Part shown: one piece after another, positions 7,883 to 17,311 of the stretch | Numbering within the stretch: the first letter of the stretch is position 1 | Layout: each line of letters starts with the position of its first letter | Origin: an uncultured Nitrospinaceae bacterium | GTDB lineage: Bacteria; UBA8248 | Reading direction: 5' to 3' | DNA length: 27,490 bases | Assembly: GCA_964005815.1 (NCBI GenBank) | Contig: CAXFSR010000027.1 | Span: forward strand, 1 to 27,490 | Notes under the pieces: generated by a model | The model's database searches: none | Told to the model about the DNA's origin: nothing | Seen by the model: the letters and a program-made list of their open reading frames with translations, nothing else | Position numbers and translations under genes: made by a program

Positions 7883-8856
7883 CTATTCAAAAGGTTTTCC
7901 AAGTAGGACATGAACGAATTCAGCCATTCCACTATTGCTATGACCCACCATTGGAACTATTGATTTTTCCCATTTAAAAGGCAGATTATATTTCTTAGCA
8001 AGATTTTTTGCTGTTTGATAAAAAAATTTTCCGCGCGCAAGTCGATGTTCTCCTTGAAGGATTGCTTCTTCGGTCTGTCTAAGACTTCGATGAAATGGAT
8101 CATCATCATCATCTCCCAATAAAACCAGAAGTCTGGAACTAAACACTTTTCTAAAATGTTCAATCCCAAGATTGATATTCCCTATACCGTAAGGCATATC
8201 AACCGATAAATCCGGTACTGTGTACCAACCTGCATTTGCAGCAACTGCAAGCCTAAAACGAGCCTCAGGTAAAAACATAACCATACGATGAACAAATTGA
8301 CCTCCCGCAGAATGACCATAAATATCATACTTTGGTGTAGTCAGAGAATTTTGTTTTCTAAGCCGATCGAAAAGTCTCTCTAAAATAGAAAAGATCCATT
8401 TGGATTTTTCTTTTTTTTTCCACTTGAGGTATATGCGTTCCCAAGATTATATCTACTTCCAGGGAAATGTTCATCAGATATTTCTGGTACAATCAAAATA
8501 AAATTTCCCCTTTCAGAAAATCGACGCCATACATCTCGGTAATTTTCTGCGGTGCGACTTTGGCCATGCATCACAAATACAATTGGTGCTGACGCGCCAA
8601 GATTTTCAGGTTTATGGTACCAAATAGTTATACCGTCATTCCAATCATTTAGAACTGCACTGTTTATAGAATTATCTTTAAAAACAAAATTCCCTGAACC
8701 ACTTGCCAAAATAACCGAATTTTTTTTCGCTGCGAAAGTACTCTTAGAAGAAAAAAAAGAAATGAAAAATAGAAACAGAGTAAAAACACAAAGGAAAGAT
8801 TTCGAGTAGAAGCAACTATTTATCTTACTTCTTCTCGGATAAAGGGACTTAGACAT
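7883..8856 (-). pseudogene. Exported alpha/beta hydrolase (poly-aspartate hydrolase PahZ1-like), split by a -1 frameshift at an A9 run
   Basis: ORFs 8380-8856 and 7883-8284 join if one A is added to the run at 8411-8419. The hidden linker reads EKSKWIFSILERLFDRLRKQNSLTTPKYDIYGHSAGGQFVHR with the GxSxG nucleophile at 8300-8317. About 324 aa with a signal-like N-terminus. Confidence 0.8.
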
Positions 8857-8857
8857 A

Positions 8858-9988
8858 TCAATTCTCTTTTCTCCAGGTAATTACGTTCTCGATTGTAGCT
8901 AATGGAGTTATCATTTCTTGTTGAAAAGGTATAGGAGAAAGTCCTTGAAAAATCTTATGAGGCCATTCTGGATCAGCAAGAGCACCTTTTGCAATCGCGA
9001 CAAAATCTCCTTCTCCTAAATTAAGTACTCTCTCTGCTTCTTCTGGGTTATCCAACTTTCCATTTGCGATAACTGTGGAACCAGAAAACTCTTTCGCTAA
9101 TCCAGCAAGACTTTTTCCAGAACCAAAAACAGGAGCGCATCCTAGATGCGCACAAACATCAATAAATAAATTTTCAATTTTCCCCAAAGAACTAAAAATA
9201 AATTCCGCATCTTGAACACCACCTGGCCATGAGTATTCACGATCATTTACTTTTGTTTGTGAAATACGAACTCCCACAGGGAAATGGTTAGGGACGGCTT
9301 TTCTTACCGCATTCATCACATCAATATGGAACTTAAATCTATTCTCAATTCCACCTCCATATACATCATTTCTCTTGTTCGTATATGTAGTCAAAAATTG
9401 ATCCATAAGATATCCGTTTGCACCGTGCACTTCTACTCCATCAAAACCAACCTCATGGGCACGTTTTGTGGCAGAAGCATACGATTCAATTATCTCATCA
9501 ATTTCTTCAATTCTAATCTCTCTTGGAATTTGGAAAAAACCTTCGCCATTATATCGTGAAATTTGTTCACCTTTAGGTTGTATAGGAGACGGCGCTAAAG
9601 AACCATCTACCCAAGAATTTCCTTGGTTAACAGCACCCGCATGAAAAATCTGCAAAAAAATCGGGACTCCTTCAGCATGTACTAAATCCACCACTTTCCT
9701 CCAACTTTCCATTTGTGCCTCATTGGAAATTCCCGGTTGGTTATTATACCCTTGACTGTATTTTTCATCGATATATGTTGCCTCCGCTATGATTAATCCC
9801 CATCCCCCACGAGCAAATTCAGAATAATACTCGGCCATTTGATTCGTAACTATTCCATTCTCTTTAGCACTTGTTCGTGTCATAGGCGAAACAATTGTAC
9901 GATTTTTTAATTCAACAGATTCAATAGACCCTTTAGAAAAAAGAATTGGAAACTTTTCATGTTTTTGCGAAATCATATTCTCTCTCAA
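8858..9988 (-). CDS. NADH:flavin oxidoreductase, Old Yellow Enzyme family
   Basis: LKNRTIVSPMTR, LQIFHAG, GFDGVEVHGANGYLMDQFL, NKRND.YGG..ENR, GALADPEWP. Confidence 0.92.
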   Translation of the reverse strand: MRENMISQKHEKFPILFSKGSIESVELKNRTIVSPMTRTSAKENGIVTNQMAEYYSEFARGGWGLIIAEATYIDEKYSQGYNNQPGISNEAQMESWRKVVDLVHAEGVPIFLQIFHAGAVNQGNSWVDGSLAPSPIQPKGEQISRYNGEGFFQIPREIRIEEIDEIIESYASATKRAHEVGFDGVEVHGANGYLMDQFLTTYTNKRNDVYGGGIENRFKFHIDVMNAVRKAVPNHFPVGVRISQTKVNDREYSWPGGVQDAEFIFSSLGKIENLFIDVCAHLGCAPVFGSGKSLAGLAKEFSGSTVIANGKLDNPEEAERVLNLGEGDFVAIAKGALADPEWPHKIFQGLSPIPFQQEMITPLATIENVITWRKEN

Positions 9989-10046
9989 TTAAAATGAAAT
10001 CATTTTATTCTCTTATAGAAAATAAAAAAATATTTTTTACTTCAAG

Positions 10047-10289
10047 TTAAATATTCCCCATATAAATTTCAGGTGAAGTGGTACAATTTTTCATCGAGTC
10101 AGGAAAGATAACGCTAACGGCGTCTACGGGACATCTGTCGACACAAATTCCGCAATACCAACACTCTTCAGGGTAACGTACCTCAGCAACCTTATCCTTC
10201 TCTTCTCTATAGATAATATCTCCAGGACAGAAAAAATCACATATTGTGCATCCGTCTAAACAAGATTTTTCATCTATTAAAATACTCAA
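10047..10289 (-). CDS. 2x[4Fe-4S] ferredoxin, AprB-like short partner subunit
   Basis: CLDGCTICDFFCP and ECWYCGICVDRCP; GGAG RBS before a TTG start. Confidence 0.88.
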   Translation of the reverse strand: MSILIDEKSCLDGCTICDFFCPGDIIYREEKDKVAEVRYPEECWYCGICVDRCPVDAVSVIFPDSMKNCTTSPEIYMGNI

Positions 10290-10303
10290 AATATCTCCAG
10301 AAA

Positions 10304-12076
10304 TTAATTTTTCTTTTCTTCAACAATATCTACACCTAAATTTGTAGGTACTTTATCAAATTTCAGCTTAGATGAATTTGTTTCTTTTTCAACGACGAGT
10401 GTATAAGGCGGATTTTCATCATCTCTATGAGGAAAATCTGTTCTTACATGAGCTCCTCCTCCTCTTGTCTCTCTTCGCTCTAACGCCGAAACAGAAACAA
10501 CGTGAGCTACCGTTCTTAAATTTTTTGCCTCATGAAAACGCATTAATCCATGAAAGTTATCTGCTTTCATGGATTTTTCTTTATCCTCAAGCAAAGAAAG
10601 TTTATCAATTGCTTTTTCTAACTTCGTTTCGTTTCTTCTAAATCCGACATCTTCAGTCATGATTTTTCTGACTTCATCTTCAAAATCTCTGGGAGTATAC
10701 TCACTTTCTTCTTTTAAAGGTCGAGTTAAACTGTTTTGAATGTCTTCTAATTCTTTTTTTGTTAAAGGTTCAGGAAGTGGTTGAGACAAAGCATACTCAG
10801 CTGCACTCTCCCCAGCAATATGTCCCATTACGGCTGCTCCAGAAATTCCCTGACTTACTGTGCTACAATCTCCAGCTGCAAACAAACCTGGAATATTACT
10901 CAAACATTCAGGATCTATTCTCACTCCCGCCCTTCTAAAAACTACTCCTCCTCCTCTTGAAGACATTTCACTAATCGTTATCTCAAGCAAATCTTTTTCT
11001 AGGTCTATCTCTTTTTGATCAAGAAACGCGGTCATGGCTGGTCGATCAATACCAAGTGTAATTTTCAATCTCTCCACATCCTCTTTTTTTAGATGACGAC
11101 AGTCAACGTAAATAGGTGAGCGTCCTGCTTGAGTCTCGGATATCACCGCATTAATTAAATCCGTTCTCCTAGCTTGTTCTCCTGCTGGATGGTAATTAAA
11201 CATGAAACGTTCTCCATCCTTATTGATTAAATATGCACCGGCACCCACAAATCCATTAGTCCCCTGAGAAGAATATCCTTTTGGAGTTATCGTTGCGTCC
11301 GTAAATTCCATATTGGCAAGCTTTGCTCCTACTTCCAAAGCCATTGCATGTCCATCACCCGTATTATATGGAATGTGCCAGCTATCATAAGGATTTCCAG
11401 AAGCGTTTCTAGTCAAACGATTTGTCTCACCAGTTGCCAGGATAATTGAACGAGCAAGAACAACATAAATTGTCCCATGGCGAATGTGAAACGCGACACA
11501 TCCTTTTGGTTTATCTCCATCCATCAGAATCTCTGAAACCATTACACGTTCTAGAGTTTTCGCTCCTGTTTTCCGTGCAGCCTGTCCTATAACTTGCTTA
11601 AAATTACTTCCTTCAAATTCAATCGTATATTCTCCAGGGAGACCAAACGAACGATGCCTTAAATAAGGTTTCTCAGGGGAAGAAGGGTTCCTGAAATCCA
11701 CTCCCAATTTTTCTAAACGTGTCACCATTCCTTTTAATCCGCGCAAAAATCGTTCACATACATCTAGATCAGTAACACCCTCGGTTATTTTTGGAATATG
11801 CCTAAGAAGATAATCTGGAGTATCCCATTCAGAACCATTTTCTAGAATCGCGAAAAAGTGGTCTACTCCTCCTGCGATACTACCACTTCTCTCAATGATT
11901 CCTCCTTTTTCACAAATAACAGATTTTGCTCCTTTCTCTGCTACACCAATTGCCGCAAGACATCCTGCCACACCTCCTCCAATGATAAGCACATCGGTTT
12001 CTAGAGTTTGTATATTTTCTGTTGGTGCACGCAACCTTGAGGAGGGACTATTGGGAAAATTCAAAAATTTCTCCAT
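10304..12076 (-). CDS. FAD-binding flavoprotein of the Sdh/Frd/AprA superfamily (AprA-like)
   Basis: DVLIIGGGVAG, IERSGSIAGG, ILATG, NTGDGHAMA, GLFAAGD, R.ETRG...H.R.DFP; adjacent ferredoxin; no membrane anchor subunits. Confidence 0.8.
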   Translation of the reverse strand: MEKFLNFPNSPSSRLRAPTENIQTLETDVLIIGGGVAGCLAAIGVAEKGAKSVICEKGGIIERSGSIAGGVDHFFAILENGSEWDTPDYLLRHIPKITEGVTDLDVCERFLRGLKGMVTRLEKLGVDFRNPSSPEKPYLRHRSFGLPGEYTIEFEGSNFKQVIGQAARKTGAKTLERVMVSEILMDGDKPKGCVAFHIRHGTIYVVLARSIILATGETNRLTRNASGNPYDSWHIPYNTGDGHAMALEVGAKLANMEFTDATITPKGYSSQGTNGFVGAGAYLINKDGERFMFNYHPAGEQARRTDLINAVISETQAGRSPIYVDCRHLKKEDVERLKITLGIDRPAMTAFLDQKEIDLEKDLLEITISEMSSRGGGVVFRRAGVRIDPECLSNIPGLFAAGDCSTVSQGISGAAVMGHIAGESAAEYALSQPLPEPLTKKELEDIQNSLTRPLKEESEYTPRDFEDEVRKIMTEDVGFRRNETKLEKAIDKLSLLEDKEKSMKADNFHGLMRFHEAKNLRTVAHVVSVSALERRETRGGGAHVRTDFPHRDDENPPYTLVVEKETNSSKLKFDKVPTNLGVDIVEEKKN

Positions 12077-12123
12077 GAATAGTACAGATAATTTCTTTTT
12101 ATATATCCAGGAATTCGCTAATT

Positions 12124-13257
12124 TTAAACTTTAGCATAATCTAGAAAATCTCTATCTTCTTCACTTATGAGACCCATTTTTTCTTCCATCTCACGCACGA
12201 TAGGAATTACATGGTTCCCTACTATTTCGCACTCAGAATGAAGAGGGAAACCAGAAAGGATGAGAAGATTAATACCTGCCTTCTCTATTTCAATGATTTT
12301 TTCTGCGCATTGCTCATAGGAACCTACTATCGCAACCGCAGATCCAGAACGTATACGGCTCATCCCAGTCCACAAATTGGGAGCCAACATATCATCTTCA
12401 TAAGAAGATTGTTGTTCTTTTGTGCCCTTACTCTCAAAACTAGAAATCATTTTTCCTCGATGTTCCTGCACTTCTGAATCTACTTGGCTCAATACTTCAT
12501 ATGCAGCATCGAATGCTTCCTTTTCAGTTTCACGCGCATATATTTGGAAACGAGTAACGTATTTCAATGGATCCGTTCTTTCCGAATTCTTAATTTTCTT
12601 TTCCATGTGTTGTACACGCTCTGAGACCTGTTCAGGATCTTGTCCCCAAAAAACATAATAATCTCCGCGACGGATAGCGATATCCTGCGCAACTTCAGAA
12701 GAACCAGCTACATAGAAAGGGATTCCACTCTTTTGAACAGGCCGAGGATAGACAGAGGCATCTTTTAATCGATAAAATTTTCCATCAAAAGAAAATTTGT
12801 CTTCTTTCCAAAGTCCATCTAAAATCTGAATAAACTCTTCAGTACGCTCGTATCGAGTGTCATGTTCTAATTCTTCACCATAACTCGCAAGAGCTCCTCC
12901 TCCAGTAACAACATTGTAAAGAATTCGCCCACCACTTAACTCATCCAGAGAAGCAAACATTCTAGCGCAAATCGCAGGATCGATAATTCCTACTCGAACA
13001 GCGAGCAATAATTTTATTGTCTCAGTCTTAGGAGCAATTACTGCAGCATTAATTAAACTATCCCAAGTAGGAGCTGTAGAACCATAATGACCACTGACCT
13101 GTGAAGTAGGAACAAGAATAGTTGTAAATCCACTCTTTTCTGCATTCACTGCAATTCTTGTAAATGTGTCGTGACTTGGGGGGAAATCGGCAAATTTTTG
13201 ACCTAAATGATCACTATCTCCATCACAAGACATGTACCACGCAAATTCTATAGCCAC
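12124..13257 (-). CDS. Luciferase-like FMNH2-dependent monooxygenase (SsuD/MsuD-like, divergent)
   Basis: AWYMSCDGD, AEKSGF, LDELSGGRI.YNVVTG, HDTRYERTEEF, NLWTGMSRIRSG, ILSGFP. Confidence 0.88.
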   Translation of the reverse strand: MAIEFAWYMSCDGDSDHLGQKFADFPPSHDTFTRIAVNAEKSGFTTILVPTSQVSGHYGSTAPTWDSLINAAVIAPKTETIKLLLAVRVGIIDPAICARMFASLDELSGGRILYNVVTGGGALASYGEELEHDTRYERTEEFIQILDGLWKEDKFSFDGKFYRLKDASVYPRPVQKSGIPFYVAGSSEVAQDIAIRRGDYYVFWGQDPEQVSERVQHMEKKIKNSERTDPLKYVTRFQIYARETEKEAFDAAYEVLSQVDSEVQEHRGKMISSFESKGTKEQQSSYEDDMLAPNLWTGMSRIRSGSAVAIVGSYEQCAEKIIEIEKAGINLLILSGFPLHSECEIVGNHVIPIVREMEEKMGLISEEDRDFLDYAKV

Positions 13258-13379
13258 TCATGCCTCCTTTTTCAAATACATAATTTAATATATAGTAAGA
13301 ATCACATAATCAAAACGAATTGTAAAAGCTCATGTGTAGAAATCTATAATTCTGTAAAAATAGAGCAAAAAGGGAAAAA

Positions 13380-14471
13380 ATGACAACGGAATATGCATGG
13401 TTCCTACCAACTGGAAGATATGGAGATGGACACGAGATTAACCCAGTCGTTTCGGAAAGACCTCCTACTGTAGAATATATGAGTACAGTAGCTCAGGCTG
13501 CTGAAAAAGCTGGTTTTGTAAACTTATTGGTCCCCACAGGAACACACTGTTTGGATTCATGGTTATTTTCTCAGGCAATTGCTGAAAGAACTTCTCATAT
13601 CAAATTTTGTGTTGCTTTTAGACCAGGACTTATGAGTCCTGTCCTTGCAGCGCAGCAAGCGAATACTTTTGATTCTATTACCAAAGGAAGACTCACTATC
13701 AATATCGTCACCGGTTCAACTCCGGTCGATCAGAAAAGATATGGAGACCACCTTAATCATGATGAGAGATATGAAAGAACAGAAGAATTTTTAGATATCG
13801 TGAAAGCGCTATGGAGCACAGATGAACCCGTTAATTTCAATGGAAAATATTACAAAATTGAAAACGCAACTATTTTTGCTAAACCTCATACAGAACCACA
13901 TCCTCCTATCTATTTAGGAGCAAGTTCAGAAAAAGGAAGGCAAGTGGGTGCAAAACATAGTGATGTTCATTTGATGTGGGCTGTTGAACCCGAGAGAGTC
14001 GAAGAAGATGTGATTGATATGCGCACAAGAGCAGAAGAACTAGGCCGAAAAAACATAAAATTTGGTATCAGATTGCACATCTTGTGCAGAGAAACAAAGG
14101 AAGAAGCGAGGAAAACCGCTGAAAAGTTAATTGAAGGAAGTGATATTAATAACACTAAAGTTCATGCGGATCAGAGGAATCGTTCAGAAAGTGAAGGACA
14201 AAGACGTATGAACGAACTTGCAAATCAAGAATCTTTATGGATTACAGACACTCTTTGGATGGGAGTAAATACAGTTAGAGCAGGTGCAGGCGCTACACTA
14301 GTAGGGACGCCTCAAATGATTGCAAATGCATTAAAAGAGTATGTAGAGACAGGGGTAGATTGTTTTATATTATCAGGATGGCCACATTTAGAGGAAGCGC
14401 AGATTTTTGGAAATGAAATTATGCCTCTCCTAAAAGATACACATCCAATGACCTTCAATGACAATGGTTAG
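13380..14471 (+). CDS. Alkanesulfonate monooxygenase-like LLM protein (SsuD/MsuD-like)
   Basis: AWFLPTGRYGD, LLVPTG..CLDSW, AFRPG, HDERYERTEEF, FGIRLH..CRET, SEGQRRM, LWMGV..VRAGAG..LVG, ILSGWPHLEEA. Confidence 0.9.
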   Translation: MTTEYAWFLPTGRYGDGHEINPVVSERPPTVEYMSTVAQAAEKAGFVNLLVPTGTHCLDSWLFSQAIAERTSHIKFCVAFRPGLMSPVLAAQQANTFDSITKGRLTINIVTGSTPVDQKRYGDHLNHDERYERTEEFLDIVKALWSTDEPVNFNGKYYKIENATIFAKPHTEPHPPIYLGASSEKGRQVGAKHSDVHLMWAVEPERVEEDVIDMRTRAEELGRKNIKFGIRLHILCRETKEEARKTAEKLIEGSDINNTKVHADQRNRSESEGQRRMNELANQESLWITDTLWMGVNTVRAGAGATLVGTPQMIANALKEYVETGVDCFILSGWPHLEEAQIFGNEIMPLLKDTHPMTFNDNG

Positions 14472-14472
14472 A

Positions 14473-14498
14473 AAAATAAAAATGGATAAAAAAATTGC
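14473..14498 (+). repeat. 26-bp direct repeat, copy 1 (copy 2 at 15568-15593), spanning both PanE-like starts
   Basis: AAAATAAAAATGGATAAAAAAATTGC is identical at both sites. Confidence 0.85.
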
Positions 14499-15507
14499 GG
14501 TATTAGGAGCGGGAGCAAATGGTAGTTCTATAGCAGCAGATCTTACAAAAGCTAACCTTGACGTCACGATTATTGATCAATGGCCCGCTCACGTTGAAGC
14601 TATGAAAAAAAATGGACTCGACATCACGATGCCAGATGAGCATCTACAAATACCCGTAAAGGCCTGGCATTTATGTGAATTAGCCGAACATGTCCCCGCA
14701 TTTGATATTGTTTTCTTGGTCGCTAAATCTTACGATACTCATTGGCTAACCCAATTAATCGAACCTTACCTGAAAGAAGAAGGCATTTTTGTTGGTCTAC
14801 AAAACAGTATGAATAATCAAATAATTGCGGACGTTGTAGGAATCGAGCGAACTATTGGAGCCGTCGTTGAACTATCCTCCGCTCTCTTTAAACCGGGTAT
14901 CGTCCAGCGGAATACTGCTAGAACTGGCACTTGGTTTGGTCTCGGGGAATTAGATAACTCGGTAACACCTCGGCTTAATTTAATTAAAACAATCATAGAG
15001 AACATTGCAATAGTTGAGTTATCTCAAAATATCGAGAGTGCTAAATGGACGAAACTAATTTGCAATTCGATGACTTCAGCACCTATTGCACTAACGGGGC
15101 TTAAAAATCATGACGCTAGAGATCTCCCAGGCATGTTCGAAATTGCTGTTCGGCTTGGACGAGAAGCACTCGAAGTCGGAAGAGCTTTAGGACACGAAAT
15201 GCAGCCAATTTTTGGTTTGTCTGCTGAGGAAATGTCCGGGGATTCCGATGATATACTTATCAAAATAATGAAGACATTATCAAAACATGTAGGACCAAAT
15301 TCCGTAACAGCCGCAGTACACGATCACATAAAGGGTCGTAAAACCGAGACAATTAACATCAATGGATTGGTTGTAAAAAAAGGAAAAGAACTTGGCATTC
15401 CCGTTCCTTGTAATAGCGCTGTTACTGAACTAGATGGACGAATCACTAAAGGGGAACTAACTATGGGTGAGTCAAACCTTGATCTGCTAAAATCTATGAT
15501 TGATTGA
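14482..15507 (+). CDS. Ketopantoate reductase (PanE/ApbA)-family oxidoreductase, paralog 1
   Basis: GAGANG, KSYD, LQNSM, KWTKLICN, GRKTE...ING; start placed at MDKKIAV. Confidence 0.85.
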   Translation: MDKKIAVLGAGANGSSIAADLTKANLDVTIIDQWPAHVEAMKKNGLDITMPDEHLQIPVKAWHLCELAEHVPAFDIVFLVAKSYDTHWLTQLIEPYLKEEGIFVGLQNSMNNQIIADVVGIERTIGAVVELSSALFKPGIVQRNTARTGTWFGLGELDNSVTPRLNLIKTIIENIAIVELSQNIESAKWTKLICNSMTSAPIALTGLKNHDARDLPGMFEIAVRLGREALEVGRALGHEMQPIFGLSAEEMSGDSDDILIKIMKTLSKHVGPNSVTAAVHDHIKGRKTETININGLVVKKGKELGIPVPCNSAVTELDGRITKGELTMGESNLDLLKSMID

Positions 15508-15576
15508 ACCTAAAAAAAAGTTTCAAGCGTTTTGAAACTAATCGAATTACCTTTAATTATGAACAGGAAAATAAAA

Positions 15577-16617
15577 ATGGATAAAAAAATTGCCGTAGTA
15601 GGAACAGGAGCTATTGGTAGTAGTGTCGGAGCAGATCTAACCGATGCGGGGTACGATGTAACGATTGTCGATCAATGGCCGCAACACGTAGAAGCGATGA
15701 AGTCATCCGGACTACATATTGAAATGACTGATTTAGATCTTAAGATTCCTGTAACTGCGTATCATCTATGCGAAATGGCTTCGGTAAAACCTGCTTTTGA
15801 CATCGTCTTTTTAACTTCAAAATCCTATGACACTAGGTGGCTTGCAGAATTCATCAAACCTTACTTAAAAGAAGACGGAACTTTAGTAAGCTTACAAAAT
15901 AGTATGAATGATGATGACCATGCCTCAATTATAGGAAAAGAAAGAACTGTCGGATGTGTTATAGAACTTTCTGCAGAAATTTTTACTCCTGGAAAAGTAC
16001 AACGTAATACCACCCGAAGTGGAACTTGGTTTGCGGTTGGTGAACTCGACGGACAAATCACAGAAAGAGCAAAAGAATTACAGAAAATTCTTAGCAATGT
16101 TGCTGTAACGGATATTACGGAAAATATATATGGTGCAAGATGGACAAAATTAACAGTAAACTCTATGACTATGGGTCCATTTGGAGTTTTAGGTCTTCGA
16201 GCAGCAGAAGCATTACAACTTCCAGGAATGCTCGATCTGAATGTCGAAATAGGAAAAGAATGTTTAGAAATTGGTACTCAAGCTGGATATCAAATCGAAC
16301 CTGTTTTTGGTTTAAGTGAAGACGATTTTGCTGGACCAATAGACCAAGTTTTAAAAACAGCTATGAAAACATTACAAAATCATACTGGACCCAAAAGTAG
16401 AACTGCACCGATTCAAGACCATATTAAAAATAGGAAAAATGAACTGGAATATATTAATGGATTGGTCTCAAAAAAAGCGAAAGAACTGGGAATTCCTTCT
16501 CCATACAATGATGCAGTGGCCGAAATAGCACGAAGAATAAACAGAGGGGAACTGGAAATGGATGCTTCTCATTATGAACTTATTATAGAATTAGCAAAAA
16601 AGAAAAAATCATCTTAA
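15577..16617 (+). CDS. Ketopantoate reductase (PanE/ApbA)-family oxidoreductase, paralog 2
   Basis: GTGAIG, KSYD, LQNSM, RWTKLTVN, RKNE..YING; clear tandem paralog of the upstream gene. Confidence 0.85.
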   Translation: MDKKIAVVGTGAIGSSVGADLTDAGYDVTIVDQWPQHVEAMKSSGLHIEMTDLDLKIPVTAYHLCEMASVKPAFDIVFLTSKSYDTRWLAEFIKPYLKEDGTLVSLQNSMNDDDHASIIGKERTVGCVIELSAEIFTPGKVQRNTTRSGTWFAVGELDGQITERAKELQKILSNVAVTDITENIYGARWTKLTVNSMTMGPFGVLGLRAAEALQLPGMLDLNVEIGKECLEIGTQAGYQIEPVFGLSEDDFAGPIDQVLKTAMKTLQNHTGPKSRTAPIQDHIKNRKNELEYINGLVSKKAKELGIPSPYNDAVAEIARRINRGELEMDASHYELIIELAKKKKSS

Positions 16618-16627
16618 AAATTGAAAT

Positions 16628-17293
16628 TTACAATAAACTTTCTGGTTTATGTCTTACTATTTTCGCATCAACCATATAGATGACATCTTCCGCTATATTG
16701 GTAGAATAATCAGATATTCTTTCTAGAAATTTTGCTATTGCACCGCAGCGAGAAAGTGCTTCAGTCATTGATGGATCTTTTTTTATCTGTCGATAAACTT
16801 CTTGATACACTTTCCTATTAATCTCATCTATTTCGTCATCTTCTCTTATAACTTCATTAGCCATATCAACATCTTGTTCTATCAGCGAAGAAAGGGACTT
16901 CTTTAACATATTTCGAGTCTTATCAGCCATACCCTCTAAATCAAAAGGCATTTTGAGTTCGGCTTCTTTGGATAAATAGATGCAACGATCCGCTATATTC
17001 ACGGAAATATCAGCAATTCTTTCTAGATCGTTATTAATTTTCAAAACTGCCACTAGAAACCGAAGATCAATTGCAACTGGTTGATATAGAGCCATAACTT
17101 TCAAGCAATCTTCTTCCACTTCTACTTCTAATGTGTCAATTAAATGGTCATTTTCTATTACTTCCTCAGCTAAAGAACGGTCGTTTTTTACTAGAGAAAG
17201 AACCGCTTTTTCTACACTTTCTTCTACCAAAGAACTCAAAGACAGTATTTTTTTCTTAATCTTTTCTAATTCATCTCTAAAAAGTTTTGTCAT
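16628..17293 (-). CDS. phoU: Phosphate signalling protein PhoU
   Basis: QPVAIDLR...NNDLERIAD, LERISDYSTNIAEDVIY; last gene of the pst operon. Confidence 0.95.
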   Translation of the reverse strand: MTKLFRDELEKIKKKILSLSSLVEESVEKAVLSLVKNDRSLAEEVIENDHLIDTLEVEVEEDCLKVMALYQPVAIDLRFLVAVLKINNDLERIADISVNIADRCIYLSKEAELKMPFDLEGMADKTRNMLKKSLSSLIEQDVDMANEVIREDDEIDEINRKVYQEVYRQIKKDPSMTEALSRCGAIAKFLERISDYSTNIAEDVIYMVDAKIVRHKPESLL

Positions 17294-17311
17294 TTTAATT
17301 CATCCTATATT

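Noticed and set aside
7883..8856. Two independent small genes
   Set aside because: The catalytic GHSAGG lies between them in the downstream frame; they are halves of one gene.
10304..12076. Calling the flavoprotein sdhA, frdA or aprA outright
   Set aside because: No partner subunits or pathway genes, and divergent motifs; only superfamily-level support.
13258..13379. Defined operator or promoter in the LLM divergent region
   Set aside because: TATAAT at 13345-13350 is present, but the best -35 is 19 nt away and no convincing palindrome or repeat was found.
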